Notes: a model not told the origin generated them from the sequence alone. Positions 19,605 to 29,459 are shown, numbered from the stretch's first letter. The stretch: 64,000 bases of DNA from Candidatus Methanomethylicia archaeon (GCA_038727515.1 JAVYVS010000002.1:243699-307698); one strand, 5' to 3'. Made by a program: numbers and translations.

Positions 19605-21269
19605 CTATATCCTGTACCTATAACTCTCATACTCATTTGTTGTATATACATCAACTATTATTGGCCCCTTCATTTCTACAATTTCTTGTAGTGTAGCAGT
19701 TAGATCTTTTGCTTCCTCAATTCTAATTCCATAAGCTCCAAAGCTTTTTGCAACTTCTGCAAAGTTTGGTGTTTGTAGATCTACTTGGAATGGAGGATAT
19801 TTATGTCTGCCTCTTTGTATATTTTTTATCATTGTATATTGTCTATCATTCATTACAATTATCTTTACATTTGATTTCTGCTCTACAGCTGTAGCTATTT
19901 CTCCAAGTGTCATTAGTAATCCACCATCACCAGTTATACCAATAACATTTGCTTCCGGTTTTACCTTGCTTGCAGCTATTGCTGCTGGTAATGTGAATCC
20001 CATATTTCCAAATCTATCTGATGTTAAAATGGTGTTTGGTTTGTTTGTTCTTATGTATAGTTCAGCCCAAGATGAGCTTCCACCTACATCCAATGTATAT
20101 ATAATGTTATCTTCATTTGTTGCTTCTTTTATTGCTTGAGCTAGGTATGCTGGATGTATTGGTTTTTGATCTGATAGTTTATAAGCATATTCCTTTAATT
20201 CTAATTCGATTTTACCCTTTAATTCCCTTATCTTCTCTTCTAAATATGTCCATTTACTTTTATAATTTAATTTACTATGTATTTCCCTTAGTAGTTGTTT
20301 TAGATATGGTGTGTTTATTTCAATTATTTTGTCATTGTTTATTGATGTTTCTCCATATGGTGGTTCCTCTTGATATACATGTATAATTTTTCTGTTTTTA
20401 GATAATTCTTGCATCATTCTTGATGTTCTCTCACCTTCTTCTAATCCTAATGTTATTATTAAGTCTGATTCTTCAATAAATTTCTGTAGTTCTTCTGGTA
20501 TTACGCCAAATCCCATTATTGTGTATCCTATGTTTAATTTGCTTCTAAATGGTAATGTATCTCTCGCTCTTCTAGTGGCGATTGCTGGTATATTGGCTTT
20601 CTCCATTATTTCTTCTACTTCTATGCTTGAATTAGTTCTTAAAACTCCTTTCCCACTAATTATTATAGGTTTTTCACTCTCTCCTAATACTTTCAAGATT
20701 TTATTTATTGTTGATTCATGTGATGTTATCACTTTATGTTCATATGTTTTTGATTCTTTTGAAATTTCTACTTCAAGTATATCCATGGCAAATGATAAAT
20801 GTACAGGTCCCATTCTACCATTAATGGATATTTCATATGCTTTTTCCATATAGTATGGTATCTTTTCAGCTTCTTCTATTGTTTTGCTCCATTTTGATAT
20901 ATTTGAGAATATTTTTTCTAGAAATAGCCAATCTTCAACTCCATGATAGGGTTGAATTCTTTCCCTACTTGAACAATGTCCAGTTAAGTGTAGCATTGGT
21001 GAAGCTGCAGTATATGCTGCTGCAACTCCAGTGGCTGTGTTTAATGCTCCGGGTCCAGCTGTAACTAAGCATACACCTGGTTTTAAAGTTAATCTACCTG
21101 TAACATCAGCCATTACTGCTGCTGAATGTTCATGTTTAACGAGTATATGTTGTATTGAGCTTTTTCTTATGGCTTCATATATTTCTAATACATTATATCC
21201 TGGTAATCCATAAATCACCTTTAAATTCCTTTCTTCTAAAAATCTTATTATGTACTCTGCCGCCTTCAA
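19605..21269 (-). CDS. Thiamine pyrophosphate-dependent enzyme (acetolactate synthase-like)
   Basis: YGLPG, KHEHSA, TAGPG, GDGG..N TPP motif. Confidence 0.85.
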   Translation of the reverse strand: MKAAEYIIRFLEERNLKVIYGLPGYNVLEIYEAIRKSSIQHILVKHEHSAAVMADVTGRLTLKPGVCLVTAGPGALNTATGVAAAYTAASPMLHLTGHCSSRERIQPYHGVEDWLFLEKIFSNISKWSKTIEEAEKIPYYMEKAYEISINGRMGPVHLSFAMDILEVEISKESKTYEHKVITSHESTINKILKVLGESEKPIIISGKGVLRTNSSIEVEEIMEKANIPAIATRRARDTLPFRSKLNIGYTIMGFGVIPEELQKFIEESDLIITLGLEEGERTSRMMQELSKNRKIIHVYQEEPPYGETSINNDKIIEINTPYLKQLLREIHSKLNYKSKWTYLEEKIRELKGKIELELKEYAYKLSDQKPIHPAYLAQAIKEATNEDNIIYTLDVGGSSSWAELYIRTNKPNTILTSDRFGNMGFTLPAAIAASKVKPEANVIGITGDGGLLMTLGEIATAVEQKSNVKIIVMNDRQYTMIKNIQRGRHKYPPFQVDLQTPNFAEVAKSFGAYGIRIEEAKDLTATLQEIVEMKGPIIVDVYTTNEYESYRYRI

Positions 21270-21337
21270 TTAATTTCACCTGGGATTAGAAAATTTATGT
21301 AATCTCTATTCTTTATAGATTTCGGTTAGGTTACATT

Positions 21338-22549
21338 TTACTTCTTTTTTGTAGTTGAGATTAATGTTATTACGTCTCTATCTCTTAAAATGTAATCTTT
21401 TGGTAATCTTATTCCAGTTCTAACATCTATGCCATATAGTAACCCCCTAGCTAATTCGCTATGGATTTCTCTTGCTAAATCTACTAATGATGCTTTTTGT
21501 GGTAGTAGGAATGCATCTGGAAGTATATTACCCTTTTTATCAGTTAATTTTTCTGGGTCTTCTACTGGATAAACTACATTCATCTTTAATAATTTAAATA
21601 CTGCTATATTCAATGATAGTTGAACACCAGTTCTAAGAAGCCTATTCATTACCGTGTGTTGTATATAGTTTAAAGCCCATTTCTGCCTGGGATTTAATTT
21701 TGATTCATCTAATATTTCAAAGTTTTCTGTTCCAGGTATATATTTTATTAATCCCTGTTGCTCCGCTTTTCTTAGAGCTAATTCTGCTTCTGCACTACAT
21801 GGAACAACTAAATGTTGCCCGAATTCTTCAACAATCTTCTTATAGTTTTCTTCTGAAATTCCAAGGTCCATTTTATTTGCTACTATTAATGTTGGTTTTG
21901 ATATTGTTCTAAGCTCTATTGAAAATCTATTTAAGTCTTCTTCACTCCAACTACCTATCTTTTTCTCTAATAATCCAGTTTTCTCTAAACTATTGTATAT
22001 CATCTCTTTTGTAATCTTCATTCCAGAGAATACCTGATATAATGCTTCAACCATAGATGAACTCTTTGCATACTCTCTCTCTATCCTACTTATATTGGAT
22101 TTCACCACTTTCTTAAACCATTCCATGAGTTCATGTTCCACCTCATAATAATCTGCTATTGGATTTCCAATTCCAGGTTCACATATTCTCCCTTCAGAAT
22201 CTATACTTCCAGAGGCATCTATTATGTGTAGTAATGCATCTGATTTCATAGCTACATCTAGAAATTGGTCTCCTAAACCTCTTCCAAGATGAGCATCCTT
22301 TATCAATCCAGGTAGATCTATTAATTCTATTGGTATATATCTCCAACCATCAATACATTTAGAGTTTTGTGGATTATCTTTCACCTTAAATTCTCTACAT
22401 ACACATATTGTTTGAACATATGCTATTCCAACATTTGGCTTTTTTGTTGTAAATGGATATGTGGAAACCTCTGCACTTAATAGGGTAGCAGCATTAAAGA
22501 ATGTTGTTTTACCCGTATTTGTTTTACCTATTAATCCTATTTTTATCAA
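21338..22549 (-). CDS. ychF: YchF/Obg-family translation-associated GTPase
   Basis: GKTNTGKTT, YPFTT, DLPG, NKMD, C-terminal TGS-like region; TTG 22549 with GGAG RBS preferred over 22567. Confidence 0.85.
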   Translation of the reverse strand: MIKIGLIGKTNTGKTTFFNAATLLSAEVSTYPFTTKKPNVGIAYVQTICVCREFKVKDNPQNSKCIDGWRYIPIELIDLPGLIKDAHLGRGLGDQFLDVAMKSDALLHIIDASGSIDSEGRICEPGIGNPIADYYEVEHELMEWFKKVVKSNISRIEREYAKSSSMVEALYQVFSGMKITKEMIYNSLEKTGLLEKKIGSWSEEDLNRFSIELRTISKPTLIVANKMDLGISEENYKKIVEEFGQHLVVPCSAEAELALRKAEQQGLIKYIPGTENFEILDESKLNPRQKWALNYIQHTVMNRLLRTGVQLSLNIAVFKLLKMNVVYPVEDPEKLTDKKGNILPDAFLLPQKASLVDLAREIHSELARGLLYGIDVRTGIRLPKDYILRDRDVITLISTTKKK

Positions 22550-22550
22550 T

Positions 22551-23717
22551 TTAGTTCTCCAATTCACCTATTTCCATAAGCCACTCTTTAAGTTTTTGGA
22601 AGGCAATTATTTTTGAAGTAGATTTTGATCCTGGAGGTCCAGGCTTTTTCATGTAAAATAAATTTACTGGGTATATAGCCCCCCTCAAATTTTTTTCAAT
22701 GCATATCTTTCCAAGTCTTACCAGATCGACTAAGAGTCCTGCTAATGCTGGACTATCATTCATTCTAACATTAATATAAATTTCATCCTTCAAGTTATTG
22801 AATGTGTAATACTCTATATGCATAGATACAAATTTTCTATCACCAAGAGGTTCTAGATATCCCGTTGGCTTTATATAGTGTGGTGCATTATACCCAAGTA
22901 TATCTTCTATCATACTACTCTTGGTATTCTCTTTCATTATATTCTTCTCAGGTATAGTTAATGATAAGAAATCTAAATTTCCAGCTATATTGAATTGAAC
23001 TATAAACTCTACTTTCCTATTCCTAGTTGCAAGATGTTCAAGTAAATCTGCGGTGAGTGGGGTTGCTCCAGTAGCTCCATCATCTCCGAAGAGTACTAAA
23101 TTATGTTCCTCATATAATTTAACCATATTTTCATCATTGGCTATGGGTGAGGGTATACAATTTATGAATGCAACTTTACATCCAGTTTCTTCCTCATATT
23201 TGGCTAAAGTGTACGCATAAATTTGTGATGCCGCAAATCTATTTACATTGTTTTTAGCAATTTCTTCTTCTATTTCTTCTACACTCTTAAATGTTGTTGC
23301 AATTTCTGTTGTTATAACGTTTATTATTACGTCGACCTTCATTTCCTTCCATTGATCTATGAGTGTATCTATTGCTTCCATTAGAGTTAATTTTCTCTCT
23401 AATCCTAAAGTTTCGTTTACAACTCCATTTAAACTTTTTAAGTGAATTCCCTCCATAATCTCTATATTCTTTAATTTTTCTGGTATTGGTAGTATATCTC
23501 CAATTTCTCTTTTTGCAACTTCATATACTGTTTTACCAACTTTTCTTGCGTCTACATCATATGAGCCAACTATTTCTATTTCTTCTATCCTTTTTCCTAA
23601 TTTATAATTTGCTAATGGGATTCCATATGGTGGTATTTCTCCAGCTTTTATCCTTTCTAAGCCTACGGCGAAATGATTCGCAACCATCCCCTGCCCAAGT
23701 ATCACTGTCCTTATCAT
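22551..23717 (-). CDS. ino1: myo-inositol-1-phosphate synthase
   Basis: GQGMVA, GDDGATGATP, QFNIAGNLDF, GDRKF, NDSPALAG. Confidence 0.9.
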   Translation of the reverse strand: MIRTVILGQGMVANHFAVGLERIKAGEIPPYGIPLANYKLGKRIEEIEIVGSYDVDARKVGKTVYEVAKREIGDILPIPEKLKNIEIMEGIHLKSLNGVVNETLGLERKLTLMEAIDTLIDQWKEMKVDVIINVITTEIATTFKSVEEIEEEIAKNNVNRFAASQIYAYTLAKYEEETGCKVAFINCIPSPIANDENMVKLYEEHNLVLFGDDGATGATPLTADLLEHLATRNRKVEFIVQFNIAGNLDFLSLTIPEKNIMKENTKSSMIEDILGYNAPHYIKPTGYLEPLGDRKFVSMHIEYYTFNNLKDEIYINVRMNDSPALAGLLVDLVRLGKICIEKNLRGAIYPVNLFYMKKPGPPGSKSTSKIIAFQKLKEWLMEIGELEN

Positions 23718-23750
23718 TATAATCCACTTATCACCTCCTAATATGCCATC

Positions 23751-24401
23751 TTAGTCTTTTAAATATTTCTCGCCATAAATATTATTTAGAAGTTCATATA
23801 ATTTTATGGTTATTGTTGATGTTGCTATTATCTTTTCAAGGTCTTCTATACTCTTCCTCATATCATCCAATTTCTTCCTTAATCCAGGTACTAGCGATCT
23901 CGGGTATTCTAATGCTTCCAATGATTGGAATATTTGATTTATTATTTTCATTTTTTCTTTTGCATTTTCAATTTCAGCATTTATTAAGTTTGATATAACT
24001 TTCCTTTTTAATTCTCCCATTAAGTCTGCTAATCCAAGGATGTATGCTCTTTCTGTAACTTTTAAATAATCCATTTTTGGTATTTCTCCTTTCTCCTCTA
24101 AATCTATTAGTGCTTTTGCTTCAACATATTCTTGAAGCATTGTATTATATACTTCACTTAGGTCATCCATATAGTTGGTTATGCCCTCCATAATCTCCTT
24201 AATTATTCCTTCAGCCAATAATATTCTTTCATTGGCTTCCCTCATTTTATTTTGTTGTACTAGGGATATTGCTTCACCACAAAATCTCTGAGCTTCCCTA
24301 ATTTTCAAGTAAAATTTTTCTTTTGTTTCATATTTTTCATAAAGTTTTTTCCTTATATTTTCTATTTCCTCAATTAATTTATCCATTTTAATTCCATTCA
24401 T
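23751..24401 (-). CDS. Translin family protein
   Basis: QEYVEA, YILGLADLMGELKR, LRKKLD. Confidence 0.8.
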   Translation of the reverse strand: MNGIKMDKLIEEIENIRKKLYEKYETKEKFYLKIREAQRFCGEAISLVQQNKMREANERILLAEGIIKEIMEGITNYMDDLSEVYNTMLQEYVEAKALIDLEEKGEIPKMDYLKVTERAYILGLADLMGELKRKVISNLINAEIENAKEKMKIINQIFQSLEALEYPRSLVPGLRKKLDDMRKSIEDLEKIIATSTITIKLYELLNNIYGEKYLKD

Positions 24402-24406
24402 TTACG

Positions 24407-24937
24407 TCACCTTAAAAATATCCCTATCTCTTTAAGTTCTTTATCTTGCTTTTCAATTAAAATCTCTTCTATTCTTTTCATTAATTCTCTATCTATTATG
24501 TTAATTATTTTCATTAATTGTTTTATTTCATCTAAGTTGTCAACTGGAATTTCAAATGTTACAGCATTGTAATCTTTGTCTTCTATAAATCCCTTCTCTG
24601 CCACAGACATATATATGTCTTTGAAATCTTCCACTTCCGTTAAACTTATTAATATATTCCCCTTATCTCCAATGGCTTCTACAAATCTTTTAATTTCTTG
24701 ATTTGATGGTAGTATTACGACTTTTATATTTTCCATAACCCTATATTGCTTTAAAGATACTTCAATTATTATCAATGGAGCTTTCACTAGCGTTTTTACA
24801 TATCCTTCACTCTTCAATCTTGGTTTGAAAATCTTATTTGTGTAAAGTATCATGTATGGAGTTCCATCTTCATATATGCCATAAACATATATCGTCCTAA
24901 ATTGTTCAATAATAGTCTTATATTCTTCAATTTCCAA
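24407..24937 (-). CDS. Hypothetical protein
   Basis: 176-aa ORF at the head of the minus-strand translin-ino1-ychF run; no motif recognised. Confidence 0.6.
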   Translation of the reverse strand: MEIEEYKTIIEQFRTIYVYGIYEDGTPYMILYTNKIFKPRLKSEGYVKTLVKAPLIIIEVSLKQYRVMENIKVVILPSNQEIKRFVEAIGDKGNILISLTEVEDFKDIYMSVAEKGFIEDKDYNAVTFEIPVDNLDEIKQLMKIINIIDRELMKRIEEILIEKQDKELKEIGIFLR

Positions 24938-24997
24938 TTTAACTTCACATCCAATAGTTTTATTAAAGTCATATATCTATGTTTTTTGGGGGTCTGT

Positions 24998-26269
24998 TTG
25001 AGTAGCTCATTGATAAATTACCCGAAGGATACTATTATATCCTTTAGTCAAGATGAAGAGATGTTTAGAAATGTTGTAAGGGAATTTTGTGAGAGATATA
25101 TCTCTCCAGTATGGATTAAAGTTGATGAAGCTTGTGAAAAGGATCCAATGAATATTCCACTAGATCTATATGCTAAAATTGGTGAACAAGGTTTGTATGC
25201 TATCCCATGTAGTTCAAAGTTTGGGGGTCAAGATGGAACTTATACTATGGCTACCATAGCTATCGAAGAGATTTCATATGCTGATCCATCTGTGGCAATA
25301 GCTGTTTACACACTTTTAAATAATGGTTGGCCATTTGCGTTACAATTGTTTGGGAGTGAAGATGTTTGTCAAGAAATTATACCTAGAGTTGCTAAGGGAG
25401 AAGCCTTTTTTGGGATAGCTACAACTGAACCTCAAGGTGGATCTGATATTGCTGGTATAAAGACTACTGCTAAGAGGGATGGTTCGAAATATATTTTCAA
25501 TGGTGAGAAGTCTTACATCAGTGGTGTAGGTGAAGTTCAAAAACTTCCATGGGGTGGAGGATGGTTTTTAGTAGCTAGAACTGGACCTGCTGGACATAGA
25601 GGTTTATCTGCATTTGCATTTTTAGCTAGAAAGAATGGGAAATTAAGTGAAGGCTTTAATCCAACAATATACCATGATATTGGGCGTCATGGACTTACCA
25701 CTGGAGGATTCATACTAGAAAATTTCGAGCTGGATGCAAAATACCTATTGGGAGAAGAGAACAAAGGATTCTATCATGTTATGGAGGGATTTAACCTAGC
25801 TAGAATACTTGTTTCAGCAGCATGTTTAGGAGCTATGAAATGGCTTTTAGAAAAAGCTGCTGAATGGTTTAAACAGAGAAAGCTATTTGAAGGTAGATAT
25901 ATATCATCATTTCAAGGCGTAAGCTTCCCCTTTGCAGAATTATACGCTAAATATGAAGCTTCAAGATACTTCGTATATAGAGCAGCAAGATTAGCAGATA
26001 AGATCTATATTGAGAGGGATCCGACATTAAATCCAAGGGATTTAAATGTTCCAGTGGCATTGGCGAAGATGTGGGCTCCATTAACCGTAGCTGAATTAGC
26101 TGAAGAAGTTATGAAATGGTATGGTGCATTTGCATATACAAAGGAATGCCCAATATATAGAGCATGGCTTGGAACGTTTTCCTATGCCATAGGAGCTGAG
26201 GGAGCACAAAACATAATGAAATACATAATCGCAAGAGATCTCCTTGGAAGCGAATATGTGAGAGCATAG
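24998..26269 (+). CDS. Acyl-CoA dehydrogenase
   Basis: TEPQGGSD, NGEKSYIS, LLGEENKGF, GAEGAQNI; TTG 24998 after GGGGG RBS preferred over 24902. Confidence 0.92.
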   Translation: MSSSLINYPKDTIISFSQDEEMFRNVVREFCERYISPVWIKVDEACEKDPMNIPLDLYAKIGEQGLYAIPCSSKFGGQDGTYTMATIAIEEISYADPSVAIAVYTLLNNGWPFALQLFGSEDVCQEIIPRVAKGEAFFGIATTEPQGGSDIAGIKTTAKRDGSKYIFNGEKSYISGVGEVQKLPWGGGWFLVARTGPAGHRGLSAFAFLARKNGKLSEGFNPTIYHDIGRHGLTTGGFILENFELDAKYLLGEENKGFYHVMEGFNLARILVSAACLGAMKWLLEKAAEWFKQRKLFEGRYISSFQGVSFPFAELYAKYEASRYFVYRAARLADKIYIERDPTLNPRDLNVPVALAKMWAPLTVAELAEEVMKWYGAFAYTKECPIYRAWLGTFSYAIGAEGAQNIMKYIIARDLLGSEYVRA

Positions 26270-26341
26270 TTTTCACATAGGTTCAAACAAAATTATTTTC
26301 ATTTTTATATATTTTTAAATATACTTATTAAAAAATGTTAC

Positions 26342-26412
26342 AAAAACTTTTTAAATCCCATACACAAATACTACTATTAGCACTCCAAAAAAACTAAAAT
26401 TAATTAAGGAGG
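26342..26412 (+). promoter_or_regulatory. BRE/TATA and strong RBS for membrane cassette 1
   Basis: AAAAACTTTTTAAAT at 26342-26356; AGGAGG at 26407-26412, 7 nt before the ATG. Confidence 0.55.
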
Positions 26413-26419
26413 AACTTAA

Positions 26420-27220
26420 ATGAACCAACTATTTGTAGAGCAAATACTATTTACGGGTCGTGGAAGCAGTTTAGTTATACTAATACTACTGATAGCATTC
26501 TTCTTCATAGGGCTACAGCTTGCAAAGATGGGTAGACCCCCCAAAATGAGGCGTTTACCAGCTTTAGATGCTATTGATGAAGCTATTGGTAGATGTGCAG
26601 AAATGGGCAAACCAGCACTATTCACACCAGGACTTACTGGAGATTTATATACTGAGCAAGGTCCTCAAATGGTTTCATCAATAACTATTTTAAGTTATAT
26701 TGCTGAAGGATGCGCAAAATACGATGTTCCATTAATCATTGATATGTGTGCAGGTGATGCAATACCACTCATGGATGAAACTCTTAGACTTGCATATTTA
26801 AAGCAAGGTAAACCCGAGAAGTATGATCCCAAAATGATAAACTATTATCCAGGACAGTCTCCAATGGTAACTGGAATACTTGGACATTTACAGCGTCTAC
26901 GCCCAGCAGCATTCTTCATGCTTGGAGGATTATATTATGAGAGTGTTGTGATAGGTGAAGCTGCAAATATGGTTGGATCTATGAACATTGGAGGTACAGT
27001 AAATACCCACCAATTACCATTCATTATAGCAACTTGTGATTATGTATTGATTGGTGAAGAGTTCTATGCTGCAAGCACATACTTATCAAAAGATCCATAT
27101 CAAATTGCAACGATAGCTGGTGAAGACTGGATAAAATTCATTTTAATAGCATTGTCTTTGCTAGGATTCATACTAGAACCACTAGGTATTAAAGTGATAA
27201 GTAATTTCTTGAGGTGGTGA
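26420..27220 (+). CDS. Membrane cassette 1 subunit A (DUF6754-like)
   Basis: N-terminal TM, RRLPALDAIDEAIGRCAEMGKP, HQLPF..DYVLIGEEFYAA, C-terminal TM; paralog of 42245-43054. Confidence 0.8.
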   Translation: MNQLFVEQILFTGRGSSLVILILLIAFFFIGLQLAKMGRPPKMRRLPALDAIDEAIGRCAEMGKPALFTPGLTGDLYTEQGPQMVSSITILSYIAEGCAKYDVPLIIDMCAGDAIPLMDETLRLAYLKQGKPEKYDPKMINYYPGQSPMVTGILGHLQRLRPAAFFMLGGLYYESVVIGEAANMVGSMNIGGTVNTHQLPFIIATCDYVLIGEEFYAASTYLSKDPYQIATIAGEDWIKFILIALSLLGFILEPLGIKVISNFLRW

Positions 27221-27888
27221 TGGTTATGGGTATGTCAGTTTTAAGAAGACCTGAAGTATTCATGTTTATTTCTGGTTTAGTTATGGGTTTAACCCTTTTT
27301 GGTTACTTCTTTAATGTACCACCAGTAATAGATACTGTAAATTGGCTTCAGACATTTGCAGTTCATATAAGTTATTTCGCTACATGGCTTGGATTCTTAA
27401 CTGCTGCAAGAATTCACATAACCAATATTCAACGTAAAACTCCTGGCATATGGTATTTCAGCATAATAATGTTTATATTTGCACTTGTCCCATTCTTTGC
27501 AGCTTTACCAGAAATAACAAAACCATCTGTTACCACAATGATATATACGTGGCCCTTCAATTGGGTTTATACACCATTAGGTGCAGCGCTATACGCAACA
27601 ACTGGATTCTACATATTCTCAGCAGCTTACAGAGCATTTAGAGCTAGAAGTTTTGAAGCAGCAGTATTACTGATTGCTGGTTGTCTCGTTATGCTTGGTA
27701 ATGCACCAATAGGTGAACTTATTTGGAGTCAAATACCTACAATTAATGAATGGCTTCAATTAACTGGACAAACTCCTGCTATGCGTGCTTTAAATATTAC
27801 TGCAGCTCTAGGTGTAGTTTACTTTGGATTAAGAGTTGTACTTGGTGCTGAGAAGAGGGTGATCACACTTGGTGCTGGAGGTGGATAG
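27214..27888 (+). CDS. Membrane cassette 1 subunit B, polytopic membrane protein
   Basis: About 6 hydrophobic segments; SAAYRAFRARSFEA; paralog of 43059-43712; start could be 27220-27232. Confidence 0.8.
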   Translation: MVMVMGMSVLRRPEVFMFISGLVMGLTLFGYFFNVPPVIDTVNWLQTFAVHISYFATWLGFLTAARIHITNIQRKTPGIWYFSIIMFIFALVPFFAALPEITKPSVTTMIYTWPFNWVYTPLGAALYATTGFYIFSAAYRAFRARSFEAAVLLIAGCLVMLGNAPIGELIWSQIPTINEWLQLTGQTPAMRALNITAALGVVYFGLRVVLGAEKRVITLGAGGG

Positions 27889-27890
27889 AA

Positions 27891-28757
27891 ATGGGTGAAT
27901 CTCAATCCATATGGGTAAAGCTGGGTGCTGTAGATAAACGTATACTATATTGGATATTATTTATATCATTGGCAATACCATACATACGTCCAATAGGATT
28001 GCCAGTATCAATTGCTGAAACGAGCTATGCTTTATACAATTTCATAGAAAAACTAGGTCCAAATGATGTTGCAGTTATGGCAATAGAATTTGGTGTTAGC
28101 GCTTGGTCTGAATGTTTACCTGGATTTGTAGCGGTTTCAAAGCATTTAGTGATGCGTGGTGTTAAGATAATATACTGGTGTGTTGGCTATACCGATTGTG
28201 ACTTAACTATGGAGGCTGTTAAAGCTAGAATTCCACAGCTTAAGGGTCCCGGCGAACCTGCAGGTCCCGGAGATTATAAGTATGGTGTTGATTGGGTTTA
28301 TATGGGTTATATTGCTGGTGGTGAAACTACTGTGGCTCAATTGGCTGATGATATACGTCAAGTTCTTAGAGCTGATAAATATGGTACTCCAATAGATCAA
28401 ATACCATTATTCCAAAATGTTAGGAATGCAAATGATATTAAGATTGTTATAGATTCTACAACTGGAGATTATGGTGATTACTATGTTAGGCAGTGGAGGA
28501 TTCGATATGGAACTGCTGTTGCTGAAATAGGTATAGCTATGAACTATTCAACGTTCATGGCATACTATCAAGCTGGATTAGCTGTAGGTGCATTGAAAGG
28601 TATTAGAGGAGCTGCTGAATATGAGAAGTTAATAGGACAATTAGGTGAAGCAACAACAAGTTTAGATGCACTTAATGTTTCACATCTACTTGTAATAATC
28701 GCAATTATAATGGCTAATTTAAGTTATGTAATGACTAGACGTAGAGGTGGTGGGTGA
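27891..28757 (+). CDS. Membrane cassette 1 subunit C (TM-soluble domain-TM)
   Basis: PIGLPVSI, YGVDWVYMGYIAGGET, GIRGAAEYE; paralog of 43715-44560. Confidence 0.8.
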   Translation: MGESQSIWVKLGAVDKRILYWILFISLAIPYIRPIGLPVSIAETSYALYNFIEKLGPNDVAVMAIEFGVSAWSECLPGFVAVSKHLVMRGVKIIYWCVGYTDCDLTMEAVKARIPQLKGPGEPAGPGDYKYGVDWVYMGYIAGGETTVAQLADDIRQVLRADKYGTPIDQIPLFQNVRNANDIKIVIDSTTGDYGDYYVRQWRIRYGTAVAEIGIAMNYSTFMAYYQAGLAVGALKGIRGAAEYEKLIGQLGEATTSLDALNVSHLLVIIAIIMANLSYVMTRRRGGG

Positions 28758-29398
28758 TGCCCTATCCAACAAATCCCGCTGATATAATTGGAGCTTGGGT
28801 TGGAGCATTCCTAACTTTAGCCATTTATAGCTATATCCTTTACAAAGAAACAAGAGTGTATAGGTTAGCTGAGTACATATATATTGGTATAGCCTTTGCT
28901 GTTTCATTAACTATCTCCGTTCAGCAGATTTGGAATCAAATAATAGTGCGTATACTTGGTGGCCAATACATTTACATTATTGGTGTAATATTGGGGTTAA
29001 TGCTATTAACACTACCATTCAAAAGTATACGTTGGATAAGCAGGTATCCAGTAATCTTCCTAATGGGATTAGGATTCGGCGTTACCATTAGAGGTGCACT
29101 TACCGCCAATATTGTTGGTCAGATAAGAGGTTCAATAACTCCACCTGGAGCTACTGCTACGATTCTTGATTGGTTTAACTTTGCATGGATATGCCTTGGA
29201 ACGTTACTCATAATATCATATTTCACATTTACAGTTGAACACACTGGATGGTATTATTACCCAACGAAACTTGGCAGATATATACTGTTACTTGGTTTAG
29301 GCGCATACTATGGTAATACTGTGCAATTCAGAATGACCATGCTTGCAGGCAGAGTTCAATTCTTATTACAAGTGTTCAAAATAATTCCATGGCCGTAA
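28754..29398 (+). CDS. Membrane cassette 1 subunit D, polytopic membrane protein
   Basis: TLAIYSY..LAEYIYIG, YFTFTV, GRVQFLL; paralog of 44557-45270. Confidence 0.8.
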   Translation: MMPYPTNPADIIGAWVGAFLTLAIYSYILYKETRVYRLAEYIYIGIAFAVSLTISVQQIWNQIIVRILGGQYIYIIGVILGLMLLTLPFKSIRWISRYPVIFLMGLGFGVTIRGALTANIVGQIRGSITPPGATATILDWFNFAWICLGTLLIISYFTFTVEHTGWYYYPTKLGRYILLLGLGAYYGNTVQFRMTMLAGRVQFLLQVFKIIPWP

Positions 29399-29402
29399 AA
29401 GG

Positions 29403-29430
29403 ATAATTAAATTTAATTTCTATTTTTTAT
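29403..29430 (+). terminator. Probable terminator of cassette 1
   Basis: AT-only dyad AATTAAATTTAATT followed by TCTATTTTTTAT just after the stop codon. Confidence 0.4.
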
Positions 29431-29459
29431 AGTTAATTTAACATATTTGGTATTTCATA

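Noticed and set aside
26334-26342. 9-mer AAATGTTAC upstream of cassette 1 with its reverse complement upstream of cassette 2 (about 42176-42184) as a shared operator
   Set aside because: Short, AT-rich, in opposite orientations and overlapping the pycB stop codon; likely chance
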